Made by a program: the position numbers and the translations under genes. A DNA stretch of 63,938 nucleotides, counting the filler, from Octopus bimaculoides (lineage: Eukaryota): the NCBI RefSeq assembly GCF_001194135.2. It is 6 parts of 6 records of this genome, joined end to end, with 100 filler letters (N's around TTAATTAATTAA, not from the genome) between each part and the next. Parts side by side here need not be neighbours in the genome. Positions count along the whole stretch, not along the records: positions 1 to 31,460 come from NC_068994.1; positions 31,561 to 42,960 come from NC_068999.1; 4 more parts are not named here. One strand, written 5' to 3'. This document shows, piece by piece, positions 27,539-41,700 of this stretch; positions within the stretch are counted from its first letter, which is position 1; each line of letters opens with the position of its first letter. Under the pieces are notes generated by a model. That model saw only the letters and a program-made list of their open reading frames with translations. It was not told the origin of the DNA and did no database searches.

Positions 27539-28237
27539 TGAAGGAAGCATCAGATGTTGTGTATTCAGAAATAAATGAGATTTGGGACAATTCTAAGATA
27601 CCAATCAGGGACAACCAACATGTGCATACCAAGATTCGAAAAACATATGGACAATATAGATCACTTCAAAAACAAAATCAAGGAGAAATCAAAATTAAAA
27701 TGCAAATGAAACCAAATTTAAGGATTGTTTGGATGACTTATTTGACATTGCTCATGCTAATGTAATGAAAATGATGTCAAACGAAGATTGTTTATTTCTA
27801 AATACTCAGGGAGAAAAAGGAAGGTGATGTTATATGAGTGCTATTGACGGGAATTATATTGCAAAGTAGCAGAGGAAACGCAAACGGGTAGAAGAAAATA
27901 GAAAAAAAAGCAGATATTCTTTGCAAGAAAGAGCAATCAGTTGTTACTTTGGAAAGTAACAGCAGTGGTGAATCTAACGATGAGCTACAACTTGGATCAT
28001 CCAAAACTCCTCCCAGTAAACGATCAAAAACTTATGAGCAAATAATATCAGCCGATTTGGCAGTGGATTTGGATAGAGCTGAAATAAGCAGTGCAATGCT
28101 AGTAATATCTGCTACTGCTTCAGCTTACGTAAAAAGTATTGCATATGCATACGTATATAACAAGTAATCTACACACGTGTATGTTTGCTGATACGCGCGC
28201 GCGCGCGAACACGGACGCACACGCACACACACACATG

Positions 28238-28317
<80 letters not shown>

Positions 28318-28339
28318 AACGCACGCACACACTCACATA

Positions 28340-29195
28340 CAGGGTGCAGTGAATAAACTGTCGTCTAAATAGCGCAAATAGTAAAATAACACGGAATCTC
28401 ATTTTAACAGATATATTTACCAAAATTACATTAAAATATCTTAAAATACTAACAAGTAAATGTATTCAATAAAATCGCCATTTGCTTCAACCACGGCCTC
28501 TAGACGACTTCAGAATCTCCTGCAACTCTTCTGGACAGTCTCCTTGTTTAAGTTGGGGAATGCTGCCATAATCCTTGCATTCAGTTTATGTTTGGTGTTA
28601 AAAGGAGTTTTGTTGATCTCTCACTCAACTGGTCCCCACACTTAGGTAGCCAGATCTTAAGGGTGATGTGGTCGCAGAATTTGTCTGACAACCATGACTG
28701 GACTCTCCTGCTTGTGTGCATGGTACAGAGTCCTGTTGCCAGACATGGGGTCTTCTAGCAGCCACCCTCCTGACCCAGGGCAGCACTACCTGCTCCAAGC
28801 ACTTGATGTAGGCCTCCATGTTGAGTCTAAGGGTGTGTGGGAAGATGAATGGAGGCATAACGTCTCCATCACTAGTGATCACTCCAAACACCATAATATT
28901 GACTGGATTTTCGATTTTTATCACTCTTGGTACATGTTCTCAGATTGAGCTGTCCTCAGATTGACAACCAAAACTCTGAAATATTCATATTGGAGCTTCC
29001 GGCGCAAATGCCAAGCAGTACAGCATGTTGTTTCCAAATTTCTGGTTGTGTGAATTGGTACCATGGTGCTGTTTTTATTACAGATGGTACCCAACTGACT
29101 CTACTATACTACGTAGTCGACAAAATCAAAAACCAACAATGCACATGCGCGAAATAAAAGAAATAAAATGGCGACAGTTCATCCATCGCACCCTG
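28340..29195 (-). mobile_element. Internally deleted Tc1/mariner (maT/DD37D-like) element with both TIRs and TA TSD
   Basis: TA|CAGGGTGCAGTGAATAAACTGTCG...CGACAGTTCATCCATCGCACCCTG|TA; ORF 28625-28924 NIMVFGVITSDGDVMPPFIF...WQQDSVPC. Confidence 0.85.
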
Positions 29196-29231
29196 TATAT
29201 ATATGTCTATGCATATAAGTGTATATATGTT

Positions 29232-29276
<45 letters not shown>

Positions 29277-29640
29277 TGATATGTCCATATAAGTTAGAGA
29301 TTAAGCAACCATCTAAGGGATAATAAATATCCAATATACTACTTGTTGTATACCTACATATTTATATATCCAAGTGCTAACTATTGCAGGGCAGTATTGC
29401 AATAGAATACTAGGTATCAGTGGGAGGTAAAACAGAAATTTACCCAGAATTAATAAAGCAGATAAGAAAATAGAGAGGATAATCAATCGACAAACATCAG
29501 CCTGTAGACATTCATTTGGATCTATTTATTAATTAAATGCAATCATATCCATAAGTAATCAAAATAAACAAATAAACAAATAAATAACTAGAGAAATAAA
29601 AGTAAATAAATGAATAAGGATAAATGAGTGAAAAATACTA

Positions 29641-29768
29641 AACTCTAACAGCAGTTTCTACCATGGGGCACCCAATTTGCCAAATTTTCCATATCGTACC
29701 AGTAATATACAGGGATTGTACAAAGGTTGAACAAACATTGGACAACCCCAAAACTTCATCAGAAATAC
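29641..29768 (-). ncRNA. Degenerate hammerhead motif with extended helix II (HH4)
   Basis: Minus strand CTGATGA (29756-29762), a 97-nt insert whose ends pair (GGGGT-GTCCAAT/ATTGGGTGCCCC), then A-GAAA-CTGCTG-TT-AGAG; 3' part resembles HH1. Helix I poor. Confidence 0.45.
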
Positions 29769-29859
29769 CATAATGTTAGGGATCTAACATGTGAGGAAAT
29801 AAGGTAAGAATATAAAATAAAGTTATAATAGGGGGCAGCTTTCTCAAAAATTTCTTTGG

Positions 29860-30859
29860 AAGAAGAGGTTAGACACTCTGTCACTAATATTGACTATCAG
29901 GTTTTAAATACTACAGGAGGGTGACAAGACTGCTTATGTATATATGCGAGCTTCTCATTAGGCTCGTGGAAAGGTTTATACGAGGAGCATTATAAATCAA
30001 GACAAGCATCTGAATAATCAACTATACCGAATAGCTACTGTAATTTTAAGTCCTGATCGATTAAAGGTAAAAACTAGTTGCTTCCTAAATCTATCAAGTG
30101 TGTGAAACCATCACACCCATGGGAAATACCCAAGCCGTCGTCACGGTATAGGCCAACGCCATGAGATGGGTATTTATATCGCAATGTGTTTGATATAAAT
30201 AAACTCACAAGATCATAGACGTCAGTACTATCGTATGACCGTGTAGATACATCAAATAGTTCATCACTATGCGACTTTTTACTCATGCTAATCCTTTACT
30301 GAACCAAAGTGTTTTCCTCGCATGCCTGATAAAATCTATGTCTATAGTGTCAATATCAGCATATGATTTAGCAAATTCAATAGCTTCATCAAGCAGCGAT
30401 CTAGGTATAGAGGGATAAAGGTCTGTAATATCAAACTGGGTAAATTTAGCCTTAATCTTATTCTTGATATTCTTAAACCAATCTATTACAGTAAAACTGT
30501 TATTCCTTTGTTGAAGCTCAGTAATTTCCCCGATTCTGTTATCAATATTTCTAGTAGCCCAGTTTCAGATCTCGCTGGGTTTAACAACCTGCAAATAGGA
30601 TTATCATGAAAATTGAGTTTATGGTAATAAACACTTGTCTCTTAGCTAAGCATTCTAATCATTCTAAACTACGTTTAGCCAGGAATTTAGCTTCATCATT
30701 CATATCATAGTATCTCTCTACGCTAGCTTTCTCATATTTAGAGGAAATGGTGTATTTTAGCAACTTATCGTATAAACCATTAGTAACTTCATATTGGTTA
30801 TTAGTTTTATCCAAAAATACGAACTTCTTTTTGGAACTTGTAAAGTTTTTTATATCAGA

Positions 30860-30929
<70 letters not shown>

Positions 30930-31140
30930 CTGCAACAAAGAAAAGAATAACAATAGCCGTTATTTATACGTTGTCTTGTATGTATGTATGTATGTATGTA
31001 TGTATGTATATGCGTGTGTGTGTGTGTGTGTGTATATATATATTTGATGTTCTTTACAACTGACCATATCTCTTCCTCAAACTTATCTAGTCTATGGTTG
31101 TAAGGCGGATTATTCCTAGATTTAAAGATACACACTCCTT
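29860..31140 (-). mobile_element. Penelope-like element RT fragment, interrupted by microsatellites
   Basis: AKFTQFDITDLYPSIP (~30410), FDVSTRSYDSTDVYDLVSLFI...GLYRDDGL (ORF 30074-30286), HEPNEKLAYIHKQS (~29950). Confidence 0.85.
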
Positions 31141-31345
31141 GGGAAGTGTCTACCTATCACTTCTCTAAACTTAGCTATCAGATTACTCCTGATATTTCTC
31201 CCAAATGGGATTATGAGCCAGATTTTATTATCCTTATTATTATCCTCATGGTTATAAATATTGTTTTTAAAGAATTTTAAGTTACCTATGTTGTTTTTAT
31301 GAGGGTACTTTGGTTTATTTAGTTTATTTACTTTGTGTTTATTCC

Positions 31346-31403
<58 letters not shown>

Positions 31404-31460
31404 GTTGTTGTTGTTGTCAGTTGTTTCAATTCCTTTGCTACCATTTTCAATATAGGAGAC

Positions 31461-31560
31461 NNNNNNNNNNNNNNNNNNNNNNNNNNNNNNNNNNNNNNNN
31501 NNNNTTAATTAATTAANNNNNNNNNNNNNNNNNNNNNNNNNNNNNNNNNNNNNNNNNNNN
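31461..31560. other. Artificial assembly join: 44 N + TTAATTAATTAA + 44 N
   Basis: Six-frame stop linker; the identical 100-nt structure recurs at 42961, 59292, 61236 and 62597. Confidence 0.95.
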
Positions 31561-31868
31561 ATATACATATATATATATACATAAATATATATATGTATAA
31601 ATGTATATATATGTATGCATGTATATATATATATAGGTAATGTGGAACTGCATAGATGTACACAATTCCTCGTTATTATATCTCTCACTTACTGACTCTC
31701 TCTTTCACTTTCTCTCTTTCCATATATATGTGTGTATGTGTACGCTTGTCAATATGTAGATATTTGTATTCATACAAATATTTTTATTTACCTACGTCCA
31801 TGTTCCCATCAAACCTTTCATAAGTATGTGGGTGTATGTGCAATTTTTGCTTGTTTATGTGTGAGTGT

Positions 31869-31910
<42 letters not shown>

Positions 31911-34900
31911 GTATGTGTGCGTACAATTGTGTGTGGATACGTGTTTGCGTCTGGACATTCTGAAATAAAAAAATGGACTTAATATACTAATGGAAGTATG
32001 CGAATGTTTGCTTTTCGTTGTTGACCGTAAATATAACTATATATATATATATATATTTATATATANNNNNNNNNNNNNNNNNNNNNNNNNNNNNNNNNNN
32101 NNNNNNNNNNNNNNNNNNNNNNNNNNNNNNNNNNNNNNNNNNNNNNNNNNNNNNNNNNNNNNNNNNNNNNNNNNNNNTATATATATGGTATACTTAGTAA
32201 GGTGCATAGATAAATATTAAGCTCTCCGAAGAAACAAAAAGAGTAAGATAACATAAAAATCTCAAAAGTGACATGAAAACAAGAAAACAACAAAATCGAT
32301 ATACAATTGAATTTAAATATGTGGAGAAAACGCAGAAATAGACACAATAATGTTTATGAAAGCATATAAGTTTTAACTCTATTTGGATTAGAGTTTATAA
32401 AAGAGTATAAGAATAAGTGCATAATACGAAAAAAATATAAAATAACACAAGTACAAATAACCTAATTTTGTTTGAAAGTAGTATCCTCAATTTAAACAAA
32501 CCAACAGAGCATAGTCATGTTGTTGAATATAATGCGAGAAACAGTAGCCAAATTCTTCTTAGAAAATTTTATTTGAAACATTAGCATAGTATATGGCCTG
32601 AATTGACAAAATCCACCAAATTTTGAATGTTACATTGTTCCTGAAAGTTGTGTCAAATATATCCTTTGTAATTTCTGCACATTGCCAGGTTTTTTGAAGG
32701 AAGCGAGGAGTTGATTACATCAATACAATTGTTCAACTCAGCGAAATTTGAACACCGAACGTAAAACATATTGTTCTACCCGGTAACAAATCTGCTAGTT
32801 TGTCGCCTTCACTTGTCCTGAATCTATGAAAGCATAGACCATCATCTCAGACACGAGAGTTGCAGCGCATGATAATTTGATCGGAGCTTTGATGTAGTCT
32901 CTCAATGCGGCCTCGGAGCAGAGACGTTACTCAGTAACGGAGCGAGTTCGTTTTGGAATTACTTGTCGTTGGAATCACACACATTTTCAATTTCACCATG
33001 GTCGCTGGCTTCATATATTGAAGGTCGAAAAACATTTACATATATTAAAAATCCAAGGCCTCACATATATTGGTATTGTAAAACCGCAAATTTTCAGTTC
33101 TTTGCATGTACACTGTTAGTATTATTAGATATATTCTGTCGACAGTTTTAGGATCACTAGCTGCTGTTTGTGTGGGATGAGTGTAGTTTCAAGCATTCGA
33201 ACAAGATATCTATTTCGTTTTTAAACACCTACTTTCCTCTGAATAGTCTCAGAAGAACCGGGGAGAAATTGTGTGCACTACCCTTCTGTCTTTGATTAAA
33301 CACTCCACACCAAATCTCGAACGTCGCTATCATTATATTTATAGATGTACGGTTCCTGAAATGGAGAGGCAAGCAGAAAAATATTTCGCCATTGACATAT
33401 CAGGACGAAAGGGATAAGGACAAATCATTATCGATTAGTAAAAGAAAATATTTGCCTTAGGTTTGATGATGATATACCATCACTCAATTTGAGCGGTGGC
33501 TGCAAGAATGAGGGAGTGGGAAGTATGCTACGATGTTGGCTTAAATAATGCCGTAATTCACTGATACCATAAATGGCGTGGGGAGGTGACGAAATATATG
33601 TCGTGTTCAAGCGAGAACTAGTGAGGAGATTGAGCAGCTGAGGTTCTGAAAATTATAAACGTAAGCTTTCACTGGCTAAATTATATCTTAAGGTAAATAT
33701 ACAGCGACACCTCACATTACGAGGGCCCGCTTTGCGAAACTCTGGGTTTACGAGTTTTATTTTTCAGCTCACTTTTCTCTGATGAACTGAAGTTGATTAA
33801 GCAAAAAAATGCAGATTTTGCACGAAGTACTTATTTTTCTTCTAGCATAACAAATGCTACTGTGTGTCACTGAGAAATTTATAGAGAGCGAAAGAATCTA
33901 AGCAAACAGCTCTAGACTTCTTTTTTTTAAGAAATCTACAAGTTTGTCTACGAGTTATGGTGAGCGCTAATCTAGTGTGAGTGAAAGTGGTTCAGAAAAC
34001 GATTATAATTATGATATTTTTATTATTATTATTATTATTATAAACAATCTGGATATTCGTTTTACTTTACATAAATATATCCTTTACATCGTAATGCTGT
34101 TTTATTGACAGTTATTTGCGAGTATTATAAAGTGTATAGGGAACGAATTTCGGGATCAAACTACAGGTGTGTGTGTATTGGTTTGCTGGAAAGTGTAATG
34201 GCTTTAGATTTCATTTTTCATATAAATAGTTAATGCGTGGCATGTTGTAACAATTTTAGTGTGTCCTTTAATCTGCCTTGGGGTGAAAAACAATCTCTTT
34301 ATTGTGAAATAACTTTTGAATCAGTTAACATATAGATAGCTGGATTAAATACCAGCAGAGTTTACTGCAGCTAAATTAGGCTTCCCAAGTTAATCGTGAA
34401 GGAGGTGAAGAGAGATTCGAATTTGTTTTGTTCCAGAAAAGTCGAACCGATGGAGTTTAATCTCCGAGGAGCTGGTTAGGTGATGCAGTTGTCATTATCG
34501 TAAATAATCATTGAAAAAAAAGCATAGGAGTACGAAATACGTTATATAGTGTCATTGTCACATGTTTTTTACTATTACAGTTCCTATTTCGAATTTTCGT
34601 TGCGATAACTTCGAGCGATATCAGATGTCAACATAATTTAGCATGCTCTTTACGTGGATAGTATCTTAGATTATATAACACGAGTTAGTATCTTGTTTAT
34701 ACCGATACAAGATAGCAATATTTTATAATCATTTTTATAGCGTTTATTTTATTTTTAAGACAGTGATAAAAACAGAAAACCTAAATTTAATTAATGAAAA
34801 TACGTCTTCCGCAATAACGGCAAAGCAGACAAAAAAAACAACAACAAGAACAGAATGAAAATATAGAGACAAAACAAAAACACAGACAAAAAGCAAGTCA

Positions 34901-35421
34901 CATACAGAAACAAATTAGACAAGTATACGCACAAACATACAGATGCACGCTCAGATTCCTAAACGCATGCATATATATATATATATGTGTGTGTGTGTGT
35001 ATGTGTGTGTGGATGTGCATATATATGTATGTATGTATATATATATATATATGGGTGTGTGTCTACACGACAGATACACAAGCACACATATATATATATA
35101 CATATACATATATACATACTTACATACATATATACATGCGTACGTACAAGCATACATTATTCACGACGTGGCAGCTCATATGCTGGAAGAGAAATAATTC
35201 TAATGGTTATGGGTAAGAAAATAAACTGCTGAGTTATGTGTAAATACGAAGCGATAATAATGCTAATATGATTTGAAATCTAATGAAAATTACACAAGTA
35301 ATCGAACATAACAAACAAGAATAACGCAAAGTGAATTAAGACCGCATAAAATTAAAATTAAATGGTATACAAATACAGAAATAAAAACGAACGTACACGC
35401 ATATATATGTGTGTGTGTGTG

Positions 35422-35463
<42 letters not shown>

Positions 35464-35916
35464 NNNNNNNNNNNNNNNNNNNNNNNNNNNNNNNNNNNNN
35501 NNNNNNNNNNNNNNNNNNNNNNNNNNNNNNNNNNNNNNNNNNNNNNNNNNNNNNNNNNNNNNNNNNNNNNNNNNNNNNNNNNNNNNNNNNNNNNNNNNNN
35601 NNNNNNNNNNNNNNNNNNNNNNNNNNNNNNNNNNNNNNNNNNNNNNNNNNNNNNNNNNNNNNNNNNNNNNNNNNNNNNNNNNNNNNNNNNNNNNNNNNNN
35701 NNNNNNNNNNNNNNNNNNNNNNNNNNNNNNNNNNNNNNNNNNNNNNNNNNNNNNNNNNNNNNNNNNNNNNNNNNNNNNNNNNNNNNNNNNNNNNNNNNNN
35801 NNNNNNNNNNNNNNNNNNNNNNNNNNNNNNNNNNNNNNNNNNNNNNNNNNNNNNNNNNNNNNNNNNNNNNNNNNNNNNNNNNNNNNNNNNNNNNNNNNNN
35901 NNNNNNNNNNNNNNNN

Positions 35917-35964
<48 letters not shown>

Positions 35965-36586
35965 CATATACATAATTTATATATATATATATATACATAT
36001 ATATACACATACATACATTCATACATACATACATACACACATACATACATACGTACATGCATACATACATACATACATGCATACATACATACATACATAC
36101 ATACATACCTACATGAAATCTGTTGCAATGAACTAATATTCTAAAAAGTAATGAAAGGTATAATAATATCAATAAATATCACAGAAAATATTTGTTTACA
36201 AATTCATTAAATATTCTGTTGTTGAAATATTGAATGTGTAAGAAAATAGATTAGAATTAAAAACGAAGAGAAGAAAAGGTTTTGCTGTTATAATATTAAA
36301 ACGTATGAAGAAAAAAAATCTGTTGTTCTTGTCTTACGTGAGGACATTTCTTATGAGATGTTGTGCTGTTCTTATATGGACTTATTAATCTGTATGTTAG
36401 TTTACTGTGTATTCTATCAAATACACACCAAACATACATATAGTATACACAGCATCGCGTATTGAGGTATACGGTCATTAGACAGACACAGATGCACACG
36501 TATTGCGGTATATGCGCACTTACAAATAAATAATAAAAAGAAAAATAGCGATGTGAGATATATATATATATGTCTGTGTGTGCGTG

Positions 36587-36629
<43 letters not shown>

Positions 36630-36842
36630 TTGTCTGTATATATATATATATATATANNNNNNNNNNNNNNNNNNNNNNNNNNNNNNNNNNNNNNNNNNNN
36701 NNNNNNNNNNNNNNNNNNNNNNNNNNNNNNNNNNNNNNNNNNNNNNNNNNNNNNNNNNNNNNNNNNNNNNNNNNNNNNNNNNNNNNNNNNNNNNNNNNNN
36801 NNNNNNNNNNNNNNNNNNNNNNNNNNNNNNNNNNNNNNNNNN

Positions 36843-36879
<37 letters not shown>

Positions 36880-37089
36880 GCATAAGACACGTATGTATAT
36901 ATTTTATTAAAACATATACATATTACGCAAATTAATAATCATGTTTTCTTTTTGGCAAACATTTCGAAAATATTTTTCATTGAAATAATGGCTTTTTATA
37001 CATATACAAGTAATGTATAACTTTATATATCTTTCGTGATATTGTCATTAATTGTTCTCTACTAACTGTTGTTATCAACGTAGTGGTAT

Positions 37090-37810
37090 TAGCTTATATC
37101 TTGGGTAAATGATTTATTTTCTGTACAGTACTGTTCTCCGTCTCGGAGATATTCTTCTTTGCCCTATATAACTGTGTCCACACCCTGAACAAATTAATCT
37201 TAAAAGATTATTCTACGTCATATATAGATTAACTTTTCGGATGAACAGTAAAACTGAATCTAGATTTTGAATCTTCGTCATGCTTAAAATGAAGCTGCAA
37301 ATCTCCTAGTAGATTGTGACATATTTCTTAGTTAGGTCATCCAATTTTTTTAACTCGCGGTTCCCTTGTTGTTTGGAAATAATCTTCCAGCTGTCAGTAT
37401 TATCATTAGTGGAATTGGTTGTATTTTAGTTTTAATGAATGTGTGTGTGTGTGTGCAGAATTTGATTCAATTCCAAATACCCCAATGCTACATTTTCAGG
37501 GACTGGTACTGATATTGTCCCCATAGCAATTCCACATTCTTTCCGTGGAAATGGATATCAAACATGATGTACTTATACATTGTAATGCTTCAATTACAAA
37601 TTCCTTGTTCACGAGCCCTCGTATTTCTCCTGAATAGTTTTCCAACCAGTACTTGATTCCTTCTATTGCATACTCGGGAGAGATATTAGTATACAGATTG
37701 AGAACGTCGAAGGATATCATGGATGCCTTTTCATTCTCCATTGATTTGGAAGCCGGCTTAGCATATCTAGACCATTTTGATGTTTTGAGTAGGATGTCAA
37801 AAAGATTCTT
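37090..37810 (-). mobile_element. Penelope-like element RT fragment (second, different family)
   Basis: SMISFDVLNLYTNISPEYAIEGIKYWLE...FVIEAL in ORF 37496-38077. Confidence 0.8.
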
Positions 37811-38308
37811 ATAATGTGTGGGTGTGTGGGTGTGTGTATGTGTGTGTATGTGTGTGTATGTATGTGTGTGTATGTGTGTGTATGTGTGTGTGTTTATGTG
37901 TGTGTGTATGTGTGTGTTTATGTGTGTATGTATGTGTGTGTTTGTATGTGTGTGTGTGTGTATGTGTGTGTGTGTGTGTGCTTCCCTTTTGTTTGTTTCA
38001 GTCATTGTACTTAAGCCAGGGTGGGTAGGACGTTGAAGTATTTGTGCAAATCGACGACACAATTTAGTATTTAACACGGCTAGATATTACATAGGTCTCA
38101 TTAGACAAACATGTAGCTGAAACGAAGGAAACTAACCAACATCGGTTGTCAAATATTGGTGGAAAACAAATACAAATACATTCTTTCACACACATACTCG
38201 CACGCTCACATGAACACATGTATATAGAGATCAATATAGAAAGACATATTGGTATACATGTGCGTATATAAATGTATATATAGATGTATTTGTCTATCTC
38301 TCTATCTA

Positions 38309-38790
38309 CGATGTGGTATCAAAATTTCCCGGATTAGTTATGTTTGATAAAAAAAAAATAACCTATTTACCTAAGTTTCATTATCATCTCCTTCGAAATG
38401 ACCACCTTGCGCAAAAATACACCGGCCCAAGCGCTCTTGTCACTTTTGCAAACCGGCCTGAAAGCTGTTTTCCATACGAGACGAGCGCATAGTGTGATTT
38501 GCTCTGGATTTCGACAACAGTGTTAAAACGGTCACTTTTGAGCAGCATTTTCATCTCGGAGAAGCGTTGGAATCTGCAGGTGCTGAATCTGACAAATAGG
38601 GTCGGTGTTGAAGCCAAACTACGTTGCTTTTTGGAGAGAAACTCATGAGAGGGTGCATTGTCGTTGTGAAGAATCCAGTTCTTTGTGCTCGACAGATTCG
38701 ATCACCTTCTCCGAATGTCCTTCCCCAAACACTTCAAAACGTTGCATCGGAACTCAGCGGAGATACGTGGCCTTGAGGTTGTCTCGCAAA
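38309..38790 (-). mobile_element. Mariner 3' half with TIR, same family as 8462-9620
   Basis: LHNDNAPSH, PY..D.AP, MKMLLKSDRFNTVVEIQSKS; nucleotide similarity to 9290-9617; terminal TA|CGATGTGGTATCAAAA matches the 8462 TIR. Confidence 0.85.
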
Positions 38791-41700
38791 TGGAATTTGG
38801 GGGTCCACCTGGTCAGGTATCACAGGCCACACCGGAAAAGATCAGATGACAGGAAAAGCGGGCTTGAGGCATTGTAGGTTGCATATCATCGAGAGGAGAC
38901 TGCTTCGTGCTACGATAGCTTCAAAGCTGGGCAGTACATCCCGGGGCTGAAGCTATTAATCGGTAGTGTAGTCAGTCGTTCCATTAAAGTCTCATGATTG
39001 ATCGATGTTTGTTTTGTTAGTAACGTTCGATTTTCTTCAAGTCATCGATACAACACCCATGTCTCACAAATGCAGAGGAATGTGGGAAACGCAACAGCCC
39101 CAAATATCATAAGGTTCGTTTGGGCGTTGATGTCGCGGATTCTCGGGACTCGTTCTGAGATCCTTCCTAAAACAGTATGGGCTGCGTTGATCGTATTCTC
39201 GAAATTTTTCCGAAAATTGCAAATTCGACGGGACTCTTCCGCCGTATGAGACAGCTTGTACAGTTTGCAGGACGGTGCAAAGGAGCCCTATGTCGCTGGT
39301 GCCAGGAAGGAGTTGGCCGGAAACTCCCTGAGCAAAGGAGACTTCATTATGTTTGTGGCCAGACCAAGCGGGGTTCTAAATCTTCGAAGAGGCTCATACA
39401 CTCTTGAAGATTTGAAAGTTAGCTCAGGGAAGTGATATTATCATAAGCGTACCTACCATCTTGGTCAAGGTGGTAAGTCGATGGGTTCTGAAGCGAGCGT
39501 TGTTCAAAACCCCTCTGTCCATTCTATATCGGATGTCTACGCCAGGAGTTAGATCAGGCATATTATGGATCATGGCACTGAAAAAGGGAATACAGAGAGC
39601 GAGGAGGTATCCTAACTTCAGGCCAGTTGCAAGTGAGATGGAACCAAAGAGAGCATTCTTGGCGATGATTCGCACAGACATTCTTTCGTGTAGGGCCTGG
39701 TTGAGTTTCATAAAGAGGTCAGGACAACCGAAGCCCTTCAGGGTGACTTACGTTGACACTCTATTGAAACTCACAGAAAACAAAATGTAATAACTTTCTC
39801 TGCTTGGCCGCTTTTTCTTGGACTAGGCTGGTATAAAATACCATGTCAGCGGTTCCATGGGTGGTGAAGAAGTCCCACTGCAGCTTTGGAAGATGTGACG
39901 AGCAATAATCAGTCTAGCAGGATCCTGGTAAGGATCTTCCCAGCGATGCTGAGAATGGAGATAGGCCCGATAGTTTCCGCAGATTGCCCAGTAAGCCCTC
40001 TTAAAGACAATAATGATGGTGCTGTCTTTAAGGCCAGCAGGAGAAGCATAGCAGGATCCTGGCAAGGATCTTCCTAGCGATGCTGAGAAGGGAGATAGAC
40101 TCGATAGTTTCCGCAGATTGCCCAGTACACCCTCTTAAAGACAATAATAATGGTGCCGTCTTTAAGGCCTGCAGGAGAAGCATCTGCCTCCCATATACAT
40201 TAGATACGCTGATATCTACGGTGTGACCACACTAAGACAAGAGCTCCAGAGATATGTTTTCGTGACCAGGTGCTTTCCATGCCTTCATGCTTTGTAGGGC
40301 CATTTCAAACTCAAGTTACTTTGGAGGAAGTGACATTCAGTGTCAGATCGGATATTAGGCGCGACATTTCGGACGTCACCCATTTCGCTAGGTCGCCGGT
40401 TGACGATGTTTGAAAGTGTTTCTTCCAAGCACGTATTCATCATCTGTAAGAGAGATTAAGCTACAAGTATATTTGAGTGTAGTAGTTACTTTGTAACGAG
40501 ACCAAGGATTTCTTTTAGAAATGATTATGTTCCCTATTGCCTGCAAACGACTGTGTCCACCTGAGTTTGCTTGCCACCATAGATTCTTGAATTCACTGGC
40601 ATTGCTGCTTGGTCTCCCGCAAGTGGACGTCAAGTTTGTAATCTGGTCATCATTTTGATCAAACCAGTCTTGATAGACATGTTTCTAATAGCGATTTACT
40701 TCCTCACTATCTTGCTGGTTGTTTTACGTAGGATGAACAATTATATGCTTCTAGGCAGTCCATCTTCATGATGGTGGTACCTGCAGTTGAACTTCCGTGA
40801 GGCGAGGCGAGGAATCACGCTTGATTGCGTAGGTCTTTAATGTAGAGCATGAAATCAACTTGTCTTTGCAGATTTACTGTAACAGGGAATGTTTAGGAAC
40901 CAGATCGTAAGACGGGAAATGAACAGTTATCTGCACTGTGGAGGCTGACGGTTACGCGTACTTTGCTTCTGTCACAGGATCTGGTAGACCAGGATGAGCC
41001 AATGATCTGATCACGAATAATTTTACCTGATTTTGTGTCTGTTTGGAAAACAGGAAAGGTTGTTAGTAATCACCAGCTCGTTCTAATTGCATAAGCGAAG
41101 GAGAAGCATTCAATTCGAGTGGAAGTTGGCCAAACCCCACTTTCCGAGATTTACCTGAGGTCTGTAACTCGTCCGAGTCTGGCGTTGAAATCTTTCAACA
41201 CGAGGATATTGTCTCTTCTTGGCACGACGTCAATGGTCCTGCCGAAACATGAATAGAAAGTAACCTTGATCACATCACCTGGATCGAGGGTAGGTTAGTA
41301 AGCTGGGTTCAAGGTAAGTTAATTGTTATTGAGATGGTAAACGCAAGGAAATGAGCCGCTCAATGGAAAATATGTGAACCAGATAAAGTGCAGACTAGTG
41401 AAGTTTTCATCGCGAAAGAAACACACTGTGTTCACCACTCTGTAAGGTCTTTGATTTTCCTGAAGATGTAATTCCCTTATTCTTCACAAAATCTCCCCTA
41501 TCCAGCAAGTTTGTCTTTGGATAGAGCTACAATGACTGCATTGTAACAATTCAGCACTCTGCCAACTAGAGTAGTGCGCCTGTGGGATCATTCAGTTTCA
41601 TCTAGGTTTAGGAGCGTCTGCACAATCCAAATTTCCTCAGTAAGGTAAATTTTCTGTTTCTTGTTCTTAGTACCGCTGTAGTCGTTCATGAATCCAATCA

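Noticed and set aside
33561-33608. CTGATAC...GAC-GAAA-TATATG-TC
   Set aside because: Core, helix I and helix II all fail.
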